NCBI GenBank assembly: GCA_051294905.1 | Contig: CM119372.1 | Location: 12,526,001-12,590,000 of the forward strand | Direction: 5' to 3' | Length of the DNA stretch: 64,000 nucleotides | Source: Botryllus schlosseri | Taxonomy: Eukaryota | Shown: positions 50,401 through 62,400 of the stretch, one piece after another | Numbering within the stretch: the stretch's first letter is position 1 | Layout: every line of letters begins with the position of its first letter | Program-made: the position numbers and the translations under genes | Notes under the pieces: model-generated | The model's input: only the letters and a program-made list of their open reading frames with translations | Databases searched by the model: none | Told to the model about the DNA's origin: nothing

Positions 50401-53400
50401 TGTTCGACTTACGTATGACGTAGAGGCCCAACACTGTCCAGGACAGCGCGTACGACAATTCGCTCCCACCGAAGTAGTCGAAATATTTGGGCTCAGTGCA
50501 ATCCTCCATGGTGGATGCCTTCAGAGGAAACGGTTGTGGACACTTGGCGTTCGCATCATCTAGGGAAATGAGACTGTCGATGTACACCGTGACCTCGGCC
50601 AATGTAGGGGCCAATGTATAGGGGCCATTGGAATTGAAGAGGCTATGTCGTGAGCACGAAACAATATTCGTAAGCACTTCTACTTCGAATTGAATCAGTG
50701 ATTTCCAAACGGTGGGGAATTTCCCAGTGGTGGGGAATTCAATGGTTTCTGGTGGGGTATAGACGCATTTGTTCAAAATTTTATACGGGACAGTCTACAT
50801 ATTCACGGAAACACATGCGCAATTACCGTTACCAATTAACTGCTCTGGAATGTATGTATCGAAAATGATATTGCGTTTTGTTCACAAAACCCCATTTTTT
50901 ACTCTGGATGGCCAATGATGGCGTCACAAACGCATTCAGCATGATTACTGACTAGTTTGACCTGAAATAACGCTTTCTCGAAATTTTGAGCGTTACTGGT
51001 ATCGGTTCACAATACGTTTTATGTTGCAGTTATTGGCGATTGTCTTGCGTACTGGTGTGGTTGTGTGTTTGTAGTATGTGATGCCAAAAGTGTTGGGTAG
51101 TGGAGAACAGGAACGTAACTGCCGCACCCCAAACCCCCCCAAGTGGGGGGGAGCGAGCTCGAAGGGGTCCAAAATTATTTTGTGAACTCAAATAAATTGT
51201 AGAGTTCTTTTTAAATTATGCCACTTTTTCAAAATATTTTTGCGCTGGGGGCGCGGTTTAATGTTGTCGAATATCTTGATTATTGGGTACCCTTCCCCTC
51301 GAAAATACGTAGAATTTATAGAAATGGACACTTCGGCGTCAGCCATTACTGCGTCTCGACGCACCAACTAAGACATATGAAGTTATAGGCCATGTAACAT
51401 ACGACTCCGAGAAGTGTGCTAGAACGATCAGCAGCGAGAAGAACTTGGCCGAGAAGGAATGCCCACAAGGTGACAGGAAACTTCGATGTATATACAATAT
51501 ACATATCGCCTATGTTTAGTTGTCCATAGGCAGCTAAATGGCTGGCACCGAATATTCCTGTCCCGGAGATATGAACCCCAGAAGACCAATCCATTGCCAG
51601 TAAAGCAATACTAATTTGAAACCGTGTGTGCCTTTTAGTTTTGGCGATTTCCATATCATTCGAAATAGCAGATATAGGAGGTCACGAAATAGCATAATGT
51701 AACGAAGTCAATATACCAACGGGTCCGTCCGAAGGTGTTTAATACGTATTTAGGAGTATTACCTTTTCTAACATACCTCACCCAGCAGTACCGGTAAATC
51801 TGATTACGTGAGCAGAGAGGGGATAAAAGATTGATAGCAATATGCAATTCCCGATCATATTGACCGATCCAAACATGAATTATAAAAAAAATTAACGCTT
51901 GGCGCGTTTAGTCGAAATAAGGCGACGCTCGAAACAGTAGACCCAATGTTGTTAATAAGTAACGAGGGAAGAGCGTACAGGTTCAGGGGGCTGAGGGGGT
52001 TCTAGGGGGCGTGGCCTCCAGAAGTTGGGTTTATCACCCTGTGAGTGGCCCAAGACCAACGTTTTTTTTTGGGGGGGGGAGACTGACGAAGTGCTGTTAC
52101 GGTCCAGGTGTGGAATGAAGGCACGGAATAAATCTGTAGTGGGGAATGAAGACAAAAAGGTTGGGAACCACTGGATTAAATGAACTAATACCTTGACTAC
52201 GATACTAGCAACACCAACAGTTAAGACAACAGCAACATACTTTTCAGTGCGCGAAATAGGTAGATAGTCTGCAATCATTCTAGTCCACGCCAGTACATTA
52301 CGACGAATGATCATTAACACAGAAAGGTAATCACAACAACACTGAAGTCGGTATCAAAATAACACCAAACATACAACAGGTTAGCGGGGAATGACTACCC
52401 GAGTGTCGATTCATGGTTAAGTATAGGTGTGCAGGCCTTTGAATTTCCACAGATCTCAAACACAATTGTCATGCAAATAAGTGAACGAACTATATCACGG
52501 TAACGTTATATGTTATTGGTCATTTTTCGTAAGTCGCAATGATCCAAATTTCTAATTTGAACGTGGTCACTGGCAGGGCTTTGGAGCCGGAGCCGGAGCC
52601 CGGAGCCGGAGCCCCGGAGCCGTGCATTTTCGCCGGAGCTGGAGCCGGAGCCGGAGCTCTACATAAAATTCAGCCGGAGCCGGAGCCGGAGCTGGAGCCC
52701 GTTATTTGAGGAGTAGCTCCGGCTCCGACGTATTTCATAAGATGCTATTATATATGCAACGACCACATCTGCTGATTTATCATAATTGAACAGCAGGCCT
52801 GAATTTTAATGCCGGGCACAGCAATGGCTTAGCCTTAGAGTAAAGTGCGTTCTAGTGCAACTATGGTGTTATCGACAATTGACAAGTATTCATTTTGACG
52901 TCACAAGCCAGCACGGCGGCACCTATGTCTTTGTTGCTACATCGGATGTTACTGACGGCTGACAGACTCTAGATTACTATAGATAGGCTTACCATACGTC
53001 CTCTTTTAAGAGGATTTGTCCTCTTTTTTGACTTTTTTGAAAGTGTCCTCGGAGGACGCCCTTTTGTCCTCTTTTTTGAGATTTTGTCCTCTTTTTTGAA
53101 AATTTAGGTCAGATTTAGAGGAAATTGCGAGTGATATGCCGCAAATTAGCACAGAAGTTAAGCTCCGGCGGGCATTTCGGAGTGAAAAACGGTGATCTTA
53201 ACTCTGAGCGAAAAGATGACCTTATTTTTTAGTCATCCAACTGGCAATGTTGAGAGAAAAACGGTATTTTGAGCTCTGAGCGGAAGTGATTACCCTTTTT
53301 TTTTTGTTTAGTCAACCGATCACGAAGTGGGAAAAATTTACCGGTTTTTGAGAATTCTTCTCCGGTTTTGCATGTCTGAACTTTCTGAAAAAGTGTCCTC

Positions 53401-56400
53401 TTTTTAGATTTCCAAAATATGGTAAGCCTAACTATAGATAACTAACCTATGGGTAGATTAGTAATCTATATAGACTAAGAATGGCCAACCTTCTCGCGGG
53501 GCACATGCAATTGACAACCGAGTGCGCGGTCCACTAGCCGCGCCAAGCGGGTAAAAGTTTTAAAGTTTATAAATAGACTAGGTCAATATTATTACTTGAG
53601 TATATTGCGGGTCTACTGTATACCGCCCGCTAGGCTCAGTTTGCAACGACACGACTGGTCGGCGTCTGGCCACATCGATATCAAACTTCTCCGATAATAT
53701 GCGACAATGATTTTGTGTCTACATTTCACCGTCGACGATCTTTATGCGAGCGCAAACGCGAAAAGACTTTCTCCCGTAATTGCGAATACATGTTAGACTC
53801 AATCGGGTAAATTTGGCGCTTTTTTCATTTTCAGTTGGGGGTAGGCTACCAAGCAAGAAATCGTGTGACAATTAAACACGCGAAGCGTGTAGAAAAATTC
53901 ACTACTATTTTAGTTTATTGTAATGTACGACGATTTACTGACTGAACCCCGGATCTGCCAATGCGTCGGAACTGAGTTTAGTCATCAACATCCCAAGTGT
54001 CGCAGCCAGACTTGTAATTTGTGGTTTACATTGCAAGTTCACAATCTGAGCAATTCATTTTCGATAATATAGTAGGAAATTACCTTGCGGGCCAAGCAAA
54101 ACCCTCTCGCGGGCCACATTTGGCCCACAGGTTGGCCATCCCTGATATAGAAAGGCCCATTCGATAATTTCAGAGCCGGAGCCGGAGCTGGAGCCGGAGC
54201 AGTGGTAATATTGCGGCTCCGGAGCTGGAGCCGGAGCTAATATATTATAGCAAAAAGCTCCGGAGCCGGAGCTGGAGCAGTTTAAATTTACGGCTGCTCC
54301 AAAGCCCTGGTCACTGGTCCCCTCCGATTAACCGCTAAACGTATGTGACCCATCGACCAAATCTGTCTTTTGAAACTATACTTACTTTAGTACTTTTCAT
54401 ATCTTATTTTCTACGTCCTCTTTACGTAGTTTTGACAGGTCTATGAAATTGCTACTTCTACTTGTAACTAAGTAGAAATTTTCAGTGTCACTTCTATATA
54501 TTCTTGAGCAGCAACACTGGCGACTTTGAACACCCGTGGGAGTAATTGATATCACTCACTGCTCTCATCCCAAAGGAATGGCATATTCTGTATGTCGACG
54601 TCGGTGAGATCCGGGTTGGTATTGAGGATCACGTCTTTCAGCGTCGTGTTCATAACGAATTCAAACTCCTCGTCAGATAACAATCTTCAAACGGCGACAG
54701 ATCTCGATGAAGCTGTGAAAGCTATCGTCTCCGTGTCTACAAGCTCACCCGTTCGCGCGATTTTCGAACCAAAACCGGTCCCCGTCCCGAATACGAACGA
54801 ACTGATCGAGGATTACAGCGCGGAACAGTTCCCCCGGACCGTCTGTAGTAGTCTCCAGCAAGCCCCCTGTCCAAATGTCGACATTTTCTATGTTCCCGTT
54901 GTGGACCTCGATGAACTTGCGTAGGAGCTAGAATAATTGCGAAACCAATAACATCCCTGTATCAAATGAGAGTTGCCAATCACTCACGTTGGGGCCGTCT
55001 CTGTCATCATCACTGAATAACTCCGGATTGACCGATCTGAAATCCTGCCGTCGCCCGAGAGCAAGATAATCTCTGGCTGTGTTATAATCTGGTAGACCGT
55101 GGTCTCTTCCTCTCTGTCATAGGCGAATATTTATGATTATGGATCGGATTTGACGCGTGCTCAGGCGGTAATTTCTTGTCATAAGTGTTGGATGGAATAA
55201 TGCTTTCACTCTTTTTTGGAGCGGTGCGCCCTTCAAAGTTGTAGCTTTGACTCGTGCACCCCTGCCGGTTTAAGCTATGCAAGCCCAGGTGTGTAAATTT
55301 TAAAAGTACATCAGTTTCATGTAAGATATTACGGAGGCTTATTACTGGAATTATGTCATGAAAATCACGAAACCAATAGGATATAAATAACAATAGGATA
55401 TAAATAAACCACCCCTGTGCACCCTTCTGTACTGTTGCACCCCATGTATATTTTTATGCACTCAGGGGTGCACCGAGCACACCGATTAAAGTGCACTGGG
55501 TTGGGATGTATGGAGAGATGAACACGCACGAACGCAAAACGTCATACGAAACTGCTACGAAATTCTTTAAATATATTTTACTCCACACGAATGGCAAGTC
55601 ATTGTAATTGAAGCGGTCGGTACCGGTCAGTACGGTCAGTACCTACTCTCACTGCTCAATCAAATGGTTATATTTTCTTGACTACCGCCGCATCCATACT
55701 TAACAGTATTGTCAGGCAAAACTTATTACTTGTTAGAGGTTAGACTTTAGTACAGCGGTTCTTCAAGTATACGGGTCGCGAAGGGTATAATTTTTGGTCG
55801 CGACTGCACCCGGGCAATCTCTCAATATCGATGTAATATTTGTTGCAGCGAAAATATTTCTTCGCGCCTCGCGCGATTTCGTGTGGATGTTTTGTCCATA
55901 TTCGAGGCCATGTGTTTGGTACAATGAGAGAGACACACATAAAATTTATCTGACATTGGTTTCTCTGGAAAATAAAGTCGGAGACCATTTGGAGGCCTTA
56001 GTGTTGGGGTGTGTGCAACGAGTGGGTGCGAGACTATGATGCACATCTATTTAGAGGCCAACCCATTCTGCCTTCTGCGCCGGTACACATGAAGACATGA
56101 AGTCTCGGCAGGCATATACGACTGGGCAAAGTGCGGTGCCAAACAGATCGGCGGCGATAAAACCTTGACAAAGAATGACCGTCGCTGGTTAGCCAAAACC
56201 TTGGAAATTGAAATGTCTGGTTGTCTGCACCTACACAGTTCCGTCCAGGCTGAGTGGTACAAATACAGTATAAATGCGACCGTAGAGGAAATCATGCATC
56301 CCAATTGGAAATCGCGTGTGGGTGAAATGTTTTATAGAGCTGAGTTGTGTACAACATGTTGTCTGCGCTGTCTACGTCATACATACCCGTAAACATAGCA

Positions 56401-59400
56401 TACAAATATTAAAAATATATTATTTTTATGTGTGAGGCTTGGGTCGCAAGATGACACCAAACTCAGATTTAGGTCGCAGCCTAAAAAAATCAAGAAGCCC
56501 TACTTTAGTAGCTTGGGGATATGTTTTCATAAACTTTTTAAAGTGAAATTGTCATAACAACTGGTCGAAATAGCCAGCGATAACTACGTTTCCATTTGGG
56601 ACTGCATTGAATATACGGAATTGTAGCAGAGTTACAGAAGCTTATCAATTTCGTTAAGGTTATGCAACCACAGAGCTGCCCCTCCGTGGCACGACCTTGA
56701 CATGAGTCTGAATGATGCAGCGGTACAATAGGAAACCATACACATGGTAGAGCTTAGAGACGAGAAGAATTTGTTACATTATAGTATATGACATATGTGA
56801 AAACCTTTTGCAACAATACAGGAGCTACTGTCAGGGTCTATTCTTGCCTTGCGAAAAATCTTACTTGAATATTGATGGCCATGAGATCACGACGAGAGAA
56901 TTCGAGAGGGCCAAACACGCTTCCCCGTAAGTCGGGAGTTATGATGTTGTCTTCACGCTCGCAAATCTGACTGGCCATCCCCATGAGCAGTTCGCTGAAA
57001 CCATCTTCGGATGAACCCAACTTTTCGGTCAAAGCTTCCTACCAATACAGAGCAATATGACCGATATTTCATTGTAATTTCGAAGAATAGTAAAGTAGCC
57101 ACACTATTGGGATTTCGTCCATTGGTACTGGTACTTGACAATGCGACCATAGAAACTGCTAAATGTGAGGAAAATTATTATATTATAAATACAAACTATT
57201 CGATATCACCTAACAGAGTTATAAAAAGTGGGTTTAACAAGACTTTACCTGGAAACTGAACTGTAAACATAATGACTTGGAATCGAGTCACAACATTATG
57301 ACTCGGACTTGACCCTCTGCTCGATGACTTTATGGTTACCATATTTGAGAATCGGGAATGAAGGACGCTTTTTGAAAATTTTCAGATTTAGAATTGTGGA
57401 GTAAAATTTAAGATCAGACACCCACCTCAGCCTAGGCGAAGTATATAAGAGGCATGCACAGATTGCACACTGAATGAAAAGTAATGCAGAGAATATAATA
57501 CGCAAGCGACAAAATGAGGTGACATGTGGCGGAGGGCGAGGTCGATGTTAGGTCGTGGTTCGGTAATCCTGAAGACTGGCTACTATTCATTTAGTAGAAA
57601 TTGCTTGTATTTCGACTTGAATGCGGACATGCTCGACGACTGTCGGATAGCCAGCGAGATGCTGTTCCACAATTGGGGTCCGGCATACTTGATAGAACAA
57701 TGCGTTTTCTTGTATTCAGTCCTGATCATATGGTAGTTTTTCTTCGTTGACACGGGTGTGCTGTACTTGTGCGCCTTTGTCTGCGCGGTGAAATATAGTC
57801 GTTGCACATCTAGGCCCCCGTGGGGCTTTGGTAATGATACGGATGATCCGATGTTAAAGTTTTTGCGGTGAGTCAATTGTATTCTTGCAGGCATCACCCC
57901 AACAAAGAATTCGGCTCAACTCCAAAAATAAGGTTTTTCTTTCACACTTTACGTTGGTTGACTATAAAAAGGTCGTCACTTCCGTTCGAACCACGAATAC
58001 ATTGCGAAGCATTACTTTGATCACATCCGGCTAATATGAATATTTGTCAAACAATTTTTATGCGACTAAACTCTTAAACCTTTTCCGAGAAATTTCGTGG
58101 TGGTAAGGGATATAGCAACTGCAACATGTGTGGGACATTTGATAGCTTGCCCGATTTTGCCTCTAGTCGAAGTGTGCCTTGAGTGGGTGAGGTGGCTAAG
58201 CAATATAGGTTTCATGTACAGAGAGTTAGCGTAGAGGTATAATCCACGGCTTCAACACCAATGGGTTGCGGGTGCGAGTCCGACGGAGGTTGACTCCAGT
58301 ATTCCTACCTAAGGGATGGAGGTTAATCATATGATTACCATATTTTGGAAATCTGAAAAGAGGACACTTTTTCAATTTTTATACTTACAATACTGGAGTA
58401 AAATCCTGAGAAAATGGTAAATTTTTCCCGACTTATTGGTAAGTTGACTAAAAAGGGGTCAACTTCCCGGCTCAACCCTGAAATACCCATTTCTTTCGGG
58501 TTTCCCGTTGGTTGATTAAAAAAGGTCATTTTTCTGTCTCGAGTCCAAAAATGCACGTTGGATCGTTCCTTGGCCGCCGATTTCCTATTTCTCAGTCCAA
58601 TTTCCGCGTCATTTAACCAAAATTCTCAAAAAAGAGGACATTTAGGCGTCCTCCGAGGACATTTTCAAAAAAGTCAAAAAGAGTGCAAATCCTCTTAAAA
58701 GAGGACGTATGGTAACCCTAGTGTATCTATAGGTTCCTCCTAGCCTCGTCATCCGCATAAGCGGTGTCTTATAAAAAGCCTAGATGTGGGCCGTGCTACA
58801 AGTCGGTAATTACGGAATCAAAAACAAAGAATACCGGCCTGGTGTAAAATGACCATGTAGTCGAAACACCATGAATATCAAAAACAAAACATTTCAAGAT
58901 GGGATATCAAAAATGTGATTGCATCTGAATCTGAGCTTAAATCACCAATGTAGATGCGATTATTATCTTACCGTTGGATTCCAATAAGTATTGCAGGTTC
59001 TCAGGCCCTTTCTGTTGACATGTACTTCTTGAAATTCATGCCTACTGCCCGCTGTGTGAAGCGATGTGTTGTAAAAAGTACATTCCCCAGTAGAACTGCA
59101 AGCAAGAAAAGCTAGAGTAACAGACCAGCCTGGAAGACAATGCTGCGGATATCCTTACTCGTCATAACGGCTCCTACGAAATACGCCTGGTGGAACTAAG
59201 GTGTGGCCAAAACGCATGGCAGCGCTTTGGAAAATGTGTGTTATCCCGGGATGAACGGATGATCTATAACCTGCATACGTGCATAATGAAAACATGGAAA
59301 TTGAGATGTCGGTTACCGGAGGGAGATTAGTGACTATTTTGTTGTAGCAATTATAGCCCATACGACGTACGCGAATTGTATATAATACGGGCGTCACAAT

Positions 59401-62400
59401 GCCGTCATTGAACAAAGGTGAGCCCGAATGTTGATTTCATCCTTACGTGAGCCCGAGGTCTTGCACAAATTTGATATCGTCATGATTAATAGAGTTTCGC
59501 CCGATTCATATTCTAAATATTTTTCAAAAGCGAGCACGACCCGACTTCCACCTCTGTCATTATATCTGAATTATGATTTCTTCTCGGGTGCGAATGTGGA
59601 TTGTCGTGCTAAGACGCTTTATATCCTGAATATCCGAACGACCTCATTAGAAGGCCCTTGGCAAACTACAGTATATAGAGTACACGACATGAATGCTAAT
59701 AATGCTATACTCCGTATTTACCTTCGTATGCGGGTACCTCATTACAGATCGCTATCGAGTCGGTACAGTTGCCGAGAAAAACAGGAAGCCATTCGTAGAA
59801 TATGATTTTCTGTAACAGGCAACGCCTTCAGATATCCATCGCTGTGTAAGTAAAGCGTCGTGACCGAACCTGATGAATCGCTATATTCTGGGCTCGGGCT
59901 TCGTTGTACACCTTTTCGTCCGAATAGCCCGGATGTTCGTCCCGGATTTTCCTCGCCAGCCAATTGTGGTGTCGGAACCACATCACACCGAATGTTAGGA
60001 GAAAGGGATTTTCATTCCCTCTCGGATTCCCGAGACCTATAACAAAAGATCGGCGCGATGTTGTGCAACAAATGCAACATGCCTGTGCTTACCGTGTGCG
60101 CATTGCCCACTCTTATTCTTGAAGCTAACTCCTACTAATTTAGAAGAACACCCGCTATACATATAGGCTCTGAGATACTGCTCAGACATAGTAAATATAA
60201 TCCAGAATTCAATCCTGCTTATTCGGCACTTGCTGACAGGCGAGCCTATATATATGTGACTATAAGGATAATTGATTCGGAACTTACGGAAAAATCTCTT
60301 TGCTGATTTAAGTTCATGGTCCCTGGGCGGTGGGGGGTTAGCCAAAGGTAATCCGATCGTGTTTTCAATTGGTAACCGTCCCTTATCTTCCGACGATGCA
60401 AGCTCCCCACGACAGTCTGTAGCGTTCTGTGATAGATATTGCAATGCGATTGTGGTGATTGTGCCTTATCTCTTCAGGTACGACAATAGTGTACTTTTTT
60501 AGATGAAAACATATTGCTTTGTGCTGTGCGACCTTCGCAATGGTTATGAAGCCGTAGTGCGTCTGCCCATGCTTTATTCACTCCGTACGTGAGTCCGCCA
60601 TCGATGAAAGACGTGATCTCGTTTAACTGTGTTACAGAGAAAAAGAACAGTCAGTTACTAAATCGATGTAACAATATTATTTTCTCCGATGTAATTGAAC
60701 ATTAAAGCAGCATCGGCCTCACCAACAAATGCGTGCTGTAAAAGTTTCGAAATCAATGGATTGTTTTGTATTGATGGGTGGCAGACGACAAAATGATTAC
60801 CGCCGCCTATTTAATTTCGTAGAGTGTAAACGAAAGTCGTGTATCTCACCGATCTCCACCATAGCGGATAGGGTGCGAATCGGGTAAGTGGCACTTTCAT
60901 GCCCTTTGCATTCACTCCGATTGCAATGAATAATAAATATAACAAATACGACATCTATTCTTATGGAGACATATCCCGATGTGGAGTAGGCTTCTCGTGT
61001 ACCAAACCCAATGAAGGCCCAGAAAGTACCGATGGCCTGATTAGCCCCCTACACTTTATTGGCAGAAATATCGTAAAGGCTCTTCTTTATCACCCATGTA
61101 TGTATACCAGTGGTTCTCAACCTTTTTCACGCTGCGGACCGGTAAAATTTCAAAAAATGTCTGGCGGACCGGTGAACTTTCAAAATTGAAATGAAGCCAA
61201 AATGTAAAGTATGCAACCGTTTTTTGCAATTATATGGTGATAGAGAGTGACATTTTATGGCAGTGAGTCTGCTGAGTCGAGGTAGAATTGTCTTGTCCAG
61301 ATAAAAGTGATACCGATGAGAGTCGTTTACAGTCTCTCTCGCCGAAGGCCGTGGGTTCAACCGACCACGCCAACTCGAATAATAATCTTCCTTTTGACAA
61401 TATCGAGAGAAGAAGCGTTTCGGAGTCGAATCAAGTACATTGTCGTGCTACCTTGCTCATTGCCCACTACCATCAGATGCAGGCTACTCTGGCAGCTACG
61501 AATACAATGCGTACCGCAAGAAAACACCGTACAGCAGCTATACCGGCCATGCGCAAATCCGGTCCGATAAAACACTTCGTCAGCCCACCCCCAAAAACGT
61601 TGGTCTTGGGCCCCCACAAGGCGATAAGCAAAACTTCCGGGGGCTTCGCCCCCAAACCCTGCAGTTGGGTGGAGGTTTTCACCTGTACTAGTGAGCACAT
61701 TCGTTCTACTCAGTGTAAGCAGAGAGTTTATGTAGCTTAATCGCGCCAATAGCGAAAATTTTTGATCATTCATGACTTAATCGGTTTTCTCGCTGCCGAA
61801 ATTTTGGCACGCTTTTCAGCAGGGTTGTAACCAAGTCACAAGACTTCGAGTCACAAGTCAATCTCACTTTTATAGTTTTGACTCGAATCAAATCACCACC
61901 GAGTCAAGTCCGAGTCCAAGTCAGCGAGCAGAGGGTCAAGTCCTAGTCATGGTATTATGACTCGAGTCCGAGTCCAAGTCATTTTGTTGACTATTCAGTT
62001 TCCAGTTAAAGTATTGTTAAACCAACTTTTTAGAACTCTTGAAATTGAAATTGAAAAATGTTGGAAAAAGTTTTTTTTTTTAATGCGCTATGATTTATAT
62101 TCATTTGCAAACTAATTTTGGGCCCTTTTCAAGCTCGGCCTCTCTCCAATTGGGCGGTTTGGAGTGCCCAAGTTACGGCCCTGCACAAAATGAATGAATT
62201 GAAAACGAATAATCGCGCAAACTGCACTGTTTAGCGATGAGCTCGTATCTGTTCTGTACTTATCGCCTTCAACATTGCATCTTGAAATTAAGGTATAAAA
62301 TTGTAATATACCTGGCGGACCGGCAGGAATGTCGTCGCGGACCGGCGGTTGAGAACCACTGATGTATACGACTATACAGCCTATCAGGTAGTCGAATTTT

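Larger units (their letters stand above)
52574..54309. mobile_element. hAT-like element with (GGAGCC)n repeats
   Basis: TIR CAGGGCTTTGGAGC/GCTCCAAAGCCCTG, perfect TSD GTCACTGG; empty site in copy A near 10199. Confidence 0.9.
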
